From Azolla caroliniana (Eukaryota > Plantae > Polypodiophyta), in NCBI GenBank assembly GCA_043228905.1, contig JBHGNT010000011.1, forward strand, positions 7,874,001 to 7,938,000: 64,000 nt of DNA. The letters run 5' to 3'. Shown here piece after piece: positions 13,301-26,024 of this stretch. The position numbers were made by a program, and so were the translations under genes. Below the pieces are notes generated by a model. The model ran no database searches and was not told the DNA's origin. It saw only the letters and a program-made list of their open reading frames with translations. How positions within the stretch are numbered: position 1 is the first letter of the stretch; each line of letters opens with the position of its first letter.

Positions 13301-15287
13301 AAACAGGAACACACCAAAGCCATGAAGAAGCTCAAGAAAACACTACGGAGGGCTGAAGCACTTAAGAAGTCGAGCTATGAGCGACCGATTATAGTAACGG
13401 TTGATACAAGTCCAACTGGGACCAGATGGGTCATCAATCAAGCTGACTTGGATGGGTTGCGATATCTGATCCGATTCGGAGCAAAGGTTCTCAACAAAAG
13501 GCAACGCGGATATGCACAATTCAAAAGAGAATTATGAGGAGTCATGTCGGCAATTAAATCGGATCGAGATTATTTGATCGGAGCCAAAGTAGTGATTGAA
13601 ACAGATTGTCTTCTAATACTCGGGATAATGAGGTGTTGCACGATACCGGATGTGGCTATGCTAACGTGGATTGCATATGTTAAGTCACTTAATCCGGAGG
13701 TACGACACATCTCCAGAAAAGACAACACGGTAGCGGATATGCTATCAAGGGCTCGGTTCAGAGACGACATAGCCGAATCTGAGAATTTCGAGAAGAAGAA
13801 TATGAAGGAGAAAGCTTGATGATCGGGAAGGTGCTACAAGAGATTGAGGAATCACTGGACGATAAAGAGAAGAGAGCCGAGATCTGAAGGAAGAAGAGGC
13901 AAGTCCAAAAGTTCTTCTTTAAAAATGGAATTAATATGGAGGGAGCCGAAAAGATTCGGGTAGTTGGGACGAAAGAGCAATGAAACCAGATAATGTTCGA
14001 GTTTCATGAATATGATTGGGCTAGACATCGAGGAACATGGGCAACTTTTGTGAAAATCAAACAAAAATATTGGTGGAAGAACATGTACAAAGATATAGCG
14101 GAGTTCGCGGAAAGCTGTGAGAAGTGTCAAATCTACTCCGGAGTTCAACACTGAGATGAGTTACATCTGACATTCTCACCGACAATCAACTTCAAATGGA
14201 TGGTCGACATTGTAGCCATGCCAACTGGGATTGGACAAAAGAAGTACTTGGTGTTAGCTCGAGAAGATCTCACAAACCAAGTAGAAGGTCGGGCGCTATG
14301 AAGGAAAACATGTTCTCCGGTATGCCAATTTCTTTTGGAGGAGGTGTTTTGCAAGTATGGGTGTGTAGGACAAGTGATTGCGGATCGGGGAGAACTCAAC
14401 TCTAATAAAGCTAGGGAATTCTTCACCAAACATGGAGTTCGGTTAACACTAACAACGACATACAATCCGGAGGCCAACGGGAAAATCGAACGAGGACATA
14501 GTCCGATCGTGAAATCACTTGCCAAAGCATGCGACGGAAGGGTGAAGGATTGGCCGCAGATGCTCCCATATGCACTATAGGTGGATCGGACGACGCATAG
14601 CTCCATAACCGGTTATATGCCGACAGAACTTATAACCGGACAAGCACCGGTAATGCCAACGGAAACCTCAATCGCAACATGGACAATGCTGCCGTGGAAG
14701 GAAGAGATGAGCCGGGAAGAACTACTAGCGGTTCGAATACGGCAACTAGAGGGAAGACTGGAAGACATAGCGGAAGCAACACGCCGACAACAAGAAGCGC
14801 GATTCCGGAACAAAAGCCAATACGACACAAAGCATCAACTACGACTGCGGAAGATTGAAGAAGGAGATTGGGTGATTGTCTATGACAGTAGTCTGGATCA
14901 TCAACATGCAACGATATGGAAGTTCGCGAAAAGGTGGTTCGGGCCATACGAGGTTCGGAAAGTTTTCGACAACGAAACTTACCAACTATGCAAGTTGGAT
15001 GGAACAGTACTACGGGTGACTATAGTGGGGAAACGGGTAAAGATCTTCAAGAAACGGACTGACGACGAACCCTATGTAACCCTAAACAAGACCGACAACG
15101 AGGAGCAACCGGACAAAGATCGCGGTGATACGGAAAGCGAAGAAAGTGGACTTCAACTCGTAGTCCACATAAGGGGAGAATCGGAGAGTGTTATGGATGA
15201 GGGCGAATAATGAGCATCGGGAACTTCGGCACATACCGGAGGATGTGCGGGTTTGGAGGGGGCGAGTGTCGTAGTGTAATTCACACA
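10337..15287 (+). mobile_element. Degenerate, 5'-truncated Ty3/gypsy element related to 49398-56715
   Basis: gag-PR to the stop at 11932 (IDHGSEINLM), RT FLDD, RNase H and integrase fragments. PPT GGAGGGGGCGAG at 15255-15266 and LTR start TGTCG at 15267. Confidence 0.92.
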
Positions 15288-15545
15288 CTACGTCACTGGC
15301 CGAATGATCCCCACCCGTAGGAGTTTGTCAATTTCCTCTTTTACTTTTGCTGCATAATTCGGGTTCATCTTGTAGCGATGTTGTTGTACCGGTCGTGCAT
15401 CCTTTTGGAGGTTGATCTGGTGCTGGTAGTATTGGGGTTCTAACTCCTTCATGTCAGTGTATGACCACGTGAACACATCCTGGTATTCGGTCAGCAACCC
15501 TAGCAGAGTTGAGTGTTCTTCAAACGCAAGATCCTTTGCAATTTT
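15288..15545 (-). pseudogene. pol: Tat/Athila-type gypsy RT N-terminal fragment
   Basis: EYQDVFTWSYTDMK...HQINL...PVQQHRYKMNP..VKEEIDKLLRVGII. Confidence 0.75.
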
Positions 15546-15679
15546 AAAGCTTTAGAGAATGTGTATGTGTTTTCATCATATAAAGCTTTAGAGGAATTCT
15601 TTATTGAATTTAGAGAATGTGTATTTGTTTTCATACATTCAGAAGGCAGGAGATAGCAATGAAGGCATTCCAAGCTCAT

Positions 15680-17963
15680 TTATTATTGACTCTGGTCGGC
15701 GCTGTCCTTCATGACTCTGCAGTCGTCACCACTTGTTCCGACTTTTTCGGATGTGCCGACTTCTTCAATCGACTCAAATCCCTTTTTCTTCTCGTCTCCC
15801 CCTATTTCGATCTTTCCCTCCTCTCTGATTGCTCCCCTGGTGCATTTACCTGTTCTCTCAGTTCCTCTTTTGGTTCTCCTCCCCAAGCATCTCCGAAAAA
15901 TGTTATAACTTGTACAATACGAGTGGTTAGGTAAAGATGTCGGCAACCAGCCGATCTATGCGAACATACTAGACTTCGACTTCACTGGTCAGGACTTGCT
16001 CGTATACAAAGTGATAATGCACTTATGTGTGCTTTTTCCGAGCATGGAACATAGGATTCTTGGCTAGCTGCATGGTACTTATGTTGTCACAGTAGATCGA
16101 GATCGAAGTCGGTACTTCCATTCGGAGGTCTTGTTAAGCCGAAGCCAGAGGGCTTTATACATGGTGACATTAGCGCCCCGATACTCAGCCTTAGTGGTTG
16201 AAAGAGGGCTTGGCAGTTGCTTCTTATTGCTCCACGCAACAACCATGCTGCCAAGAGAGAACATGAAGTCGGATGTTGACCAACGACCCGACACACTACC
16301 GGTCCAGTCGACATCTGTATAACCGACTACCTATTCGGTTATACCGTGTCGATACAATAGTCCCCTATCCTTAGTGCCGCTCACATATCTCAACAATTGA
16401 TGCACGTACTCAAGGTGCTCGATAGTCAACGTCTACATGAACTGACTCATCACCCCGACCAAATAGCTGATGTCGAGTCGGGTGATTGTCAAGTATATAA
16501 GGCTTCTGACAATTTGTCGAGACTGTTTCTCATTGCAGGCTGGTCCAGAGTTGGGACGTAGCTTGAGGTCCCGGTCCAGGGGTGTCCAGACCGGTGGGCA
16601 TTTGGCCATGAAGAACTTGTACAACGTATTCAACAAATAGTGCCGCTTAGATAATAATATTTCATCAGGGGTATGGATCACTTCAATCCCAAGGAAGTAA
16701 TCAAGGTCCTCTATGTCCTTCATTTCAAACGCATCCGATAGTTGGAATTTCACTCTGTCGATTTCAGGGAGGTCAAGTCCGGTGATGACCAAGTCGTCGA
16801 CATATAGCATAATGCATACTGAACCCTTCCAGCTGAACAATGATGAGTCAGGCTTTGAGGTCGCAAATCCATCTTACGCAACTAGTGCATGATCTTCGAG
16901 TTCCAAGCACAGGGGGCTTACTTCAAGCTGTAAAGTGACTTCTTGAGTCGACACACTGCTGACTTGTTCATGTCCAAATCAAATCTGAGGGGTTGGATCA
17001 TATAGACTTATTCTTCAATTTCACCTTGAAGAAACACATTCTTCATGTGCATTTGGTGAAGATGCCACCACCTTGCTGCAACAACTGCTAGCACCACACG
17101 AACCGTCGTCATCTTTGCTATCAAAGCAAAGGTCTCTTCATAGTCGATTCCGTGGGTCTGTGCATATCCTTTTGCAACTAACCGGGCCTTGTACCGGTTG
17201 ACTGAACCGTTGGCACTATATTTTACCTTCAATACCAACTTGTAGCAGATCACGAACCGTCGTCATCTTTGCTATCAAAGCGAAGGTCTCTTCATAGTCG
17301 ATTCTGTGGGTCTGTGCATATCCTTTTGCAACTAACCGGGCCTTGTACCGGTTGACTAAACCGTTGGCACTATATTTTACCTTCAATACCAACTTGCAGC
17401 AGATCGGTTTATGTTGGAGAGGGTCACCCAGGTCCCATGTGTCATTGGCATCGAGTGCCTGCATTTCTTCCTCCATCGCAGCACGCCAGTTCGAGTCTTT
17501 CACCGCTTCTGCGTAGCTCTCGGGCTCACGAACCTCTGCCAGTTTTGTCACGTATGCATAGTGATGCACCATGTATTCATTATACCCATATCGTTTCACG
17601 AGATTCTTTTGGCAGGCCGATCGACGTAACTTCTCATTATCCAATTTAAGCGCCCTCTTGGCTGACGTGGACTTCGTCTCCGAAGGTTCGTGTTTGCTCT
17701 ATCCGGAGTTGGATTCGCTCTGATCCAACTCATCTCTGCCGGTGTCTATTTTGGCATCTTCCCCTTCTCTTTGTGCGTGAACTGTCTCCTCAGTTCCTTG
17801 CGCGAGGAGAGCATTGCCAAGTCTCCACTACTCCCCAGCTCATCATCTGACTGGTCGTTCCGACTTAGTCACTCATTCGGCCTGAACTCCTTTTCCTCTT
17901 CTTTTGCCCAGATCATTTCAGGCTCACAAGCCTCATCTTCCAGAATCGGGTGTCGGGAGTTGG
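15680..17963 (-). pseudogene. pol: Degenerate copia RT-RNase H with a 3' extra region
   Basis: WRAAMEEEM, RYKARLVAKGY, LYVDDLVITG, VAWSNKKQ. Confidence 0.88.
17097..17405. repeat. 154-bp tandem duplication within the copia RT
   Basis: CACGAACCGTCG... at 17097 and 17251; four transitions seen between copies. Confidence 0.9.
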
Positions 17964-18263
17964 TGTCATGATATGGCAAGACTCGAACCCATGACCTTAT
18001 GTTACATGGGTCGAGCTTGTGACCATTATTAGACTATATGTTGTAATATGAAGGATATTATTTTCATTTAAGTTTTACTATAAAAAATTGATGTATATTC
18101 GAGATTTCTCTGGAACATTCTAAAAACTTTAGGAGTAATCCTGAGAACACTATAAAAGGAGGCACAAGGCATTATTTCAAACCAAATCGGTTCAACGCCA
18201 GTCTTAAGCCTCCTAACCACTATTGTATATTCTCTTAAACATAATATATATCTTTTGTTATCA

Positions 18264-18294
<31 letters not shown>
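17964..18294 (+). repeat. LTR-like segment ending in a (CT)n tract
   Basis: TG start interrupting the copia, CTATAAAAGG TATA near 18150, (CT)13 at 18269-18294. Confidence 0.5.
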
Positions 18295-19295
18295 ACGCGC
18301 TATATGAATAGGTGTCCAGGTGTGTTCGATGCCAAGGTAGCCTATCTATTTGTTTCACTAGCACTATTGGTGTAAAACAAGGTTGCCCCCTATCATCGAC
18401 ACTTTTTGGGATCTACATTGATGATATCATAGATTTTATTGCTCGTAATGGAGGCAACGGAGTAGTCCTTGGGGATATGTAGGTTCGTATCTTGCTCTAT
18501 GCAGATGACATAGTTTTGCTCTTTGAATCCTAACACGACCTACAAAGGCACTTTAATGCCTTAGATGACTTTTGTGCACATCAAGGATTGGTAGTGAATC
18601 TAGGGAAAACTAAAGTTATCATCTTCCATACATCGGCCCAAGTTAGAGCTAAGTGTCACCTAACTATCTCCCATAGCCCAGTTGAGGTGGTTGGATCATA
18701 TGTCTATCTCGGAGTTACTTTCAATGCCCGCTCAGGTAAATTTTCGACGACACAGGCAGCGAAGAATAGACTTACGAGAGGACATGCATCCCTCTCACTA
18801 CTTGAGAGACAATGCCACCAAGCATACTTTTAAGAGCCATGGACTAAAGGGTGGCTATTTGACTCATTAGTGACCCCCTCCCTCATGTATGCATCAGCAG
18901 TTTGGGCTCCAGGATTACCATCTTTCATGTGGATGCAATTAGAGAAACCATTGGTGATGATGTTATCATGCCAACTCCGAAGCAAATCGATAGTACCACA
19001 TGACATTATTAGGGTTGAGTTCACGTTACCCCCAATGTTAGTAGAGGCACTTTTCCAACTTGTAGTCTTTATTCACAAGATACATAGCCAACCACATGAT
19101 AGAATATCTCATCAAGCCTTTAAGGCCTCTCGATCACTGTATGAGTCTAGCTATACTAGCTCATGGTATGACATGATGGTGAGTTGGCTTCTTGCGAATG
19201 GGCTAGACATTAATAACCTACCTCCCCTTAGGTACAACCACATGATTGATAACACTTTAATCTCTCATGAGGACCGCAATAAAGTAATACGCACC
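18295..19295 (+). mobile_element. Truncated non-LTR retrotransposon (RTE/RTEX-like) RT
   Basis: GVKQGCPLS, LLYADDIVL, VNLGKTKVIIF, YVYLGVTF, LMYASAVW. Confidence 0.85.
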
Positions 19296-21800
19296 TTCGA
19301 CTACTACTCTTGAGCGACTTTTGTCTGGCTTCCTCCAGTTTCGGCTACATTCGGCGTCTGCTTCGGAGATTTCTCTTCGTCACTAATGTTAATTGTCGCC
19401 GTTCTTCTAGGCTCCATTTGCTGTCTCCGCTCTTGTTCGTAACGCTTGAATTGGAGTTGGGTATCCAGCTGGTCGTCATCCAGTTGTTCCACTAGCCGGC
19501 CCACCGCCACCAGTTGTTCTCCGGCCAAGGACAAGAAGTCATCCGATAACTCCTCCCGTATGGTCACAATGCTTTCCATGTCAAGTTTTTAGAAGTTATC
19601 GCCGTCCTTTTGCCGGTTCTCCACATCCACTCGCAAGACTTGCAACTCGGTTGCATGCTCTGCCCATTTGGACCACCACTGTACTGAACTTTCTTCGACT
19701 AACTTCTTCGTCCGGTCCCTCCATGTTAGTACAATATCTCGGATACAGTCAAGTCCCATCTTTGACTTCTCCTTTGCGGCCTGCTTTTCATCCTTTAATT
19801 GTTTTATGAGGATCGTGGTTGCCTCAGCTTGTCCCATCAGTTGTGTCTGATAAGTCGTTTGAACTCTGTTAAGAGCCATCTTTGCTCGTTCCATCTCCTC
19901 ATGATGCTGTCGGGTAAGCTCCAATTTGTCTTTCGCCGCATCTGCCAGCATCTTTGCCGCTTTGACTCCCTTGGTCCTTTCCTCCGCCAATGCCATTGCC
20001 GTCTTGTGGACTTCATCCCGGAGTTCCCACATCTTTTCTTGCTGCCAGTCACTTTTTGCCATCAATTTCTTGTGTTTCGCCTCTAGGTGCTTGAGATCCC
20101 GGTGCAACCTATCAAAATCCTTCGTTTTCTATTTCAGCCGCTGGTTGATTTGGCGTCGGGCCCGATCCTTCCGGTCCTTCTGTTGCCGGAGTTCTTCTTG
20201 GAGCCGCTCAATCTCGACTTCCCCTGATCGCTAGAGTTTCTCCCTTTCTTGCAACAGTTTGTCTTTTTCTTCCTTCAATCGGTCATATGCTTGATGACCT
20301 TTCCGTAAATTGTCTTCGGCTCTTCAGAGGTTTTCTGCCGTTTTCCATTGTTCTTCCTCTGCCGCCTTCTTCAAGTCTCGTTCTCTAGCCCTTAAGGCCT
20401 CTTGGGCTGCCAATTCCTCTCTGAGAGTCGCGAGTTCTTGCTCTTGTGCCTTATTTGCACCCGGTGTTATTTCCATTACCAACACTTGATTAGTCTATTC
20501 ATTCCCCGGAGCCATTGGTTCTGGTAGACTTGATCCTTCTGTGACCTACTTAGCTGCCCCTGCTTTGGCCTACACAATTTCTTCTTCCATGCTCCTGATC
20601 CTCAACCGGGCCTTCTCAAGTTCTTCGGTCGTGGCAAACAATCGGCCCCCCTGTGCTCTCTCCTTTATTTCTATTTGGCACACAACCCTGGCCACCTGCT
20701 CGCCGATCCATCGTAGCCATTGACTGCCGGTGCCTTTATGTCGTGCCAGTTTAGGTTGTGGCGTGGCCTCTGTTCTCGCCGGAAACCCTTTTTGGATTGT
20801 TGACTGTAGCGACAACTCCTGCTCTTGTTGTGCCTACGGTCCCGGTGAGGTAGGCAATTCAATCACCGGTATTGTTGCTTCTTGCCGCACAAGTAACTCT
20901 TCCCTCGGTTCTGGTTGAACCGGTTCCGCTTCCTTCCTTGGCTCCGGTCCCTCGGAGCGGGGTGTCGGTGCGCTGTCCTTCACCGGACCCGATTCGTCCC
21001 CCTTCTACTCCGCGTTGCTATGCTTCTGGCAACGTAGGAGGTTATCGGCGGGGTCTTCCTCCACCTCCTCCTCTTGGGTCCTGATATTGATTTTCGTTGC
21101 CAAGGGGTCCAGGTCTTATTCCTGTCGGCGCAGGTTGATTTCCAGAGGCCTTACTAGTGGCTCTACCAGTGTCTCCGTCTTTGCTTGTCTCTTCCGGCTA
21201 GACTGTTCTTTCCCTTGCTGCGAGGTACTGCCCTCTTTCCATCTAGGCGTGTGCTTGGCCAGAAGTTGTTGTCGTTTTGAAGTTTTGTTAGGCATGGTAT
21301 CCGTTACTCGAACCTGCTTCTTAGTCCTTGTTAGCTCCACCAGTGGCGCCAAAAGAGTTAGCCATTGAGCCACGACCGTCCATAATTTCTTGCCGTTCTA
21401 CATTGATTCTATTGTCGTCCGCAAGAAATCGGCGATGATCACCGACCAATCCACCTGCACCCCTGTGTACGTAGCAATGATGAACCCGGCTTTGTTCTTT
21501 GGCATTGCCAAGGGTCGGGGGTACATGAACCCATACTCGTGGAGGATACGAGCCACTTCTCTGAACAGGGGTTCCTCGCTGCCTTGTGTCCGGTGAGCCT
21601 TATTAGCAAGGGAATACTGACCAAAAAACTTCGTTAGTGTTTCAGAAGAAGGGTTCTTAATCGAGTAGATACCCCCTTCCGGTAGTTCGATTAGCGCGCA
21701 AATGGCTTCCTCCGTTATGACCTCCAAAAGATGTTGCGAAGATATGCGTGCGTGCATGCTTTGCTTGAGCGGGATCATAGGGGTCTCGGACCAGGGAGGA
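19296..21800 (-). pseudogene. Decayed extra ORF of a Tat-like gypsy element (longest copy: globular N-terminus plus coiled coil)
   Basis: VITEEAICALIELP...VQVDWSVII N-terminal block, and WWSKWAEHATELQVLRVDVENRQKDGDNF / IREELSDDF C-terminal block. Confidence 0.7.
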
Positions 21801-22108
21801 CGTTCGCGAAATTGTCAAAAAGATGATGATGTGTATGTAGGAATCCAGGAAACTAATGTCACACTTGAGAAGATCAAAGATTTTACACTTGTGAAGAAGA
21901 TAGATTTCAAGAAGAATATTAAGAAGAAGATTATATTGATGGTGATGATAATGATATCACATATTGAGCCCTTTACACAAGCCTTACGAGGGTTTTTATA
22001 GGTCTATCTATGCACAAAACGATGGGCTTGGACCCATGGTTTTTGGGCACACGGTTTTTCTTATGGCATGCACAAAACCATGGGCTTGGAACATGGTTTT
22101 GTGCAGAC

Positions 22109-22222
22109 GGTTTTGTATGGTTGTTTTCCACGTCTATGCATTTCAGCAGACCTGGGAAGCGAACATGGTTTTGTATGGTTGTTTTCCATGTCTATGCATT
22201 CTAGCAGACCTGGAAAGCGAAT
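22109..22222. repeat. 58-bp tandem duplication
   Basis: GGTTTTGTATGGTTGTTTTCCA.GTCTATGCATT..AGCAGACCTGG.AAGCGAA at 22109 and 22167. Confidence 0.85.
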
Positions 22223-22225
22223 CAT

Positions 22226-25200
22226 GTGTCACAACGCTTAACCGCGGCCGAAGCAGAACACTCAAAGATGGCGGAGTTCGGCATGACCCTAGAAGGGCCT
22301 GCCGCTAGATGGCACCTGACGCAAGATCCCAGCACCATCACGACGTTTGATTCATTGAAAACTAAATTATTACATTTTTTTCACAAAGAGGTGAATCAAC
22401 AGGAAATGGTCGGCCTATTTTATACCATCCGGCAGGAGCCCATGGAGAACATTCAACAATTTGTAATCCGATTCCAGAGAATGCACAACCAACTCAGTTG
22501 GGCACCACCGGAGGAAGAGACTAAGGCGATATTCCTAGCAGCACTCCGGGAACCCCTACAAACGGTGTGCACAGTCATTGATTTCCGCATGAGTTTCATT
22601 GACCAGGTCATAGACCGAGTCAGGGAAATGGAAAACTCCAGCTCGTGGCTGACGATGTGGGCTCTCCAACGAACGTTACCAACCGATGAAGATCTCCAAT
22701 TTCGACAAGCAATTCAATGTATGACTTGCCTGAATGCCAGACACTTGGCGCTGGAGTGCACCATGCGTTCTCAATGCTTGTTTTGCCATTCCAGAAACCA
22801 CACAATGGATCGGTGCGAGCATAACTTGTTGAATCGGCAAGCACCACCGGTCCGGCAAATCGAACCACGGAGCAACCAGGAGGAGGAAGAAGAGCGTTGG
22901 TGGTGAGAGGAGCGTTACTAGCCAGCACAAGATGTCTGGTACAGTGATCGAGGAGACGTTTATGACCGTACCGGTATGATAGATATGATAGATATCGGAA
23001 CTATAATGGGGAATAGAATGAGCGATACAACCGGGATCACTCCCTCGGTTACAACCCACGAAGGGAGGACTATGGCAAGTATGAAGACTGGCCTCGACAA
23101 GGTGACCGGAACAAAAAGCATTTCAACAAAAAACGACATTTCAATAAAAAAGGGGATCACCAACGGGAGCTAGAAAAGGGTACACCAAGCACCCAACCGG
23201 ACCAAGGCCAAGCACTTACAACAGGACCTCAACTGGGTGCCGGAGCGAAAGCAGAATCCATCAATACCCGGAAGGCTTACTGCTACTATTGCCGACAAGA
23301 GGGACACTACAATAACCAATGTCGGTGAAAAGCTATGATAAGCGACCAGCAGTAAACATGGTGGTAGCGGAAGTCGCGGACATACAACAAGTGACCACGA
23401 GGTGAAAAAGAAAAACAATGGAGTGGGAAACCCAAGAAGCCATCTGGAAGCAAGCCATCGAATGGGTAAAGAAGGCAAATGAGCCGAATGTAGTAGAACT
23501 GGAACAACAAAAAGAGAATCTAGAGGAGCCCACCGGCAATAGCCAGGCGGAAAACCCAACATGGCAGGCGTTGCAAGAATGCCAAATCACGCTGCCATTA
23601 GGTCAGCAATTGCAGTTAGTACCTCGGTTTATGGAAGGACTGAAGACGGGAATGATTGCGATCGACACGCCACCGACTTCGGCGTTCTTTTCTAATCCAA
23701 AGGAAGGACTGACGGTAGTGGACACGAGCAGTCCGGCTATCACAGCCATCGTCAAGGGACAAGAGCTACTCGGAACGATTCTAGATGGAGGATCCGGCGT
23801 GAACATGATTAGCCTCCGAACTTGTAATACCCTGGGAATCCAGGACTGGGAACCGTGCCCGTTTTGGCTCTGGATGGCAGACACAAGTTCAGTAAGACCT
23901 ACCGGATTGATACGAGATTTGGAAGTGACTATCGGAGGTCACGCATTCCGCATTTCGGCAATAGTCCTCCAACTCAATGCACAAGAGGCATACCCACTGT
24001 TGCTAGGCCGCCCATGGCTAAAAACAACGCACATCAAGCAAAACTGGCGGAAAAACATAATTACTTTCTGACGCGGCAAAGCAAAAGTACGAGTACCTAT
24101 ACAACCACGTTCGAGTACCGGCAAGGAGCTGACACCATTGTATGCTGAATGTGTCAACATGCTTTAAGGATTGGCTGATGAAGAGGTCGATCAGTACTTA
24201 CAGGAGAATCCGAAAATTTTATCAGTATTTGAAGTTGATGTCACCGAAGCAGTGGTACCATATATCATGCAACCGAAGAAAGCCTACGGAAGGGACACCA
24301 AGCCTATGACCGGCTTAAGGAAGAGAAAGAAAAATTGTTGCAAGAGAAGGATAAACTCCAAAGGATGGCGGAAACAAAGATAGAGAGGCTCAAAGAAGAG
24401 CTTCAGCAGCAAAAGGATAGGGAAGACCGAGATCGCCGCCAAATCAATCAGAAGTTGAAGTAGAAAACATATGATTTTGACCGCCTACACCAGGATTATA
24501 AACACGTCGAGTCGGAATATAAGAAGCTCATCACCAACAGCGACCGGCAGTAGGAGAAGATGTTCGAGCTCCGGAACGAAGTGCAATGGGTGGAGACGGC
24601 ACTAGCGGAAGAACGGGCTGAGAAGGCAACCATACGAACTGAAGCGGTGCAGGAACGCCTGGAACTCCAGATGCAACATCATGCAGAAACGGAACGCACC
24701 ACCATGATCTTACAAAGAGTGCAGACAACCTATCAAAATCAACTGGTGCGCTACAAGGACTAGGAGGTGGTAACTACAAACCTGATGAATAAGTTGAAAG
24801 ATGAACGACAGGCCGCAGAAGACAAATCAAAGATGGGGCTAGAGTAGATCTGATGCATTGTACACGCATGGAAGAATCGAATGAAGCGCTTGATTGAAAA
24901 CAACTCAGTATTATGGTGGTCGAAATGGGCGAAGCATGCTGCCAAGCTATAGTTGCTGAGGGCGGACGCAGAAAACCGGCAAAGGGAAGGAGATGAGTTC
25001 TATAAGTTGGAAAAGGAAGACTTTGCTACCGTGAAAGATGAATTGGCAGATGACTTCGTAGCGTTGGCTGATGAACAGATAGCAGTGGTCCAACAACTAG
25101 TGGCACAACTGGACGATGATCGGTTGGATAACCAAATCCGGTTTGAAACTTACGAAAAGGAGAGGCTATGGCAAGAGGCGACGAAGAGTGCGGAAACAAT

Positions 25201-26013
25201 CAATCTCAGTGATCAAGAGCCATCATCGGAGCTAAGGACGGACAGAGGCAAGGTTGGGACAAGCTAACCTAACTCAGGAGGAGCAGCCAAGGGAGGCATA
25301 TCCACAACAACCACTGGCACCAAGAGCCGAACAACAGTTATCAAAGTAGCAACAACAACAGCCAACGGAGCAGCAGTTGGCGCAACGGCCACAACCAACA
25401 GAGCAGCAATAGCAGGAGCAACAACAACGGTCTGATCAGCTTTCCGAAGAACCCTTAGAGCCCCTCGATCAGAGCATTCTGGACATTTTGGACAAGGATT
25501 GAAGGCCGGATAGTGGGATTCGACGTACAAGGTACTGTCCCACGGGCATGCCATGTGTTAGCCAGCCGACAAGGAGCGGAGGACAATCCAGAATGTGAAA
25601 GGGCAGGAATTATCGGAAGCTGTTATTAGAATAATTAGTAATTAAGTATATTTTGAGAAGTAAACGGATGGACCGGAATTGGTATGCCGACCCGGATCTG
25701 GACCGGTTCATATCAGTGTGCTGGTTGGCACCTTTTTGTATGTAGAGCCGATGAACTATAAAAAAGCCCGGTTACATTGTAAATGAAGACGGATAATTAA
25801 TAAAGCTCTATTGTCTTATCTCTGTGTATTGATTACCGTTCTGTGCTAATTACTTTCTATCTTATGCGAGTATTAAGATTCATGATATGTTGCTTAAGTA
25901 GCCGATAAAGGTTTGATCAATCATTAGTCTATGTTACCTCGTCGTAATACCCTTTGGTGAAGTGTCTTCCGTAGACACCCTGTGTTAGGCTATTGTCCGG
26001 CCCTTAGGAATAA
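22226..26013 (+). mobile_element. Tat-like gypsy deletion derivative: gag (three Zn knuckles)-PR, then extra ORF and 3' LTR; RT/RH/INT absent
   Basis: AARWH..TFDSLK gag, CMTC/CLFC/CYYC knuckles, ILDGGSGVNMI protease, LRADAENRQREGDEFYK. LTR from 25556 with TATA near 25756 and AATAAA near 25799. Confidence 0.75.
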
Positions 26014-26024
26014 TAGAAATCACC

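Noticed and set aside
25537-25553. tRNA gene
   Set aside because: Only the 3'-terminal ~17 nt including CCA match; there is no cloverleaf upstream.
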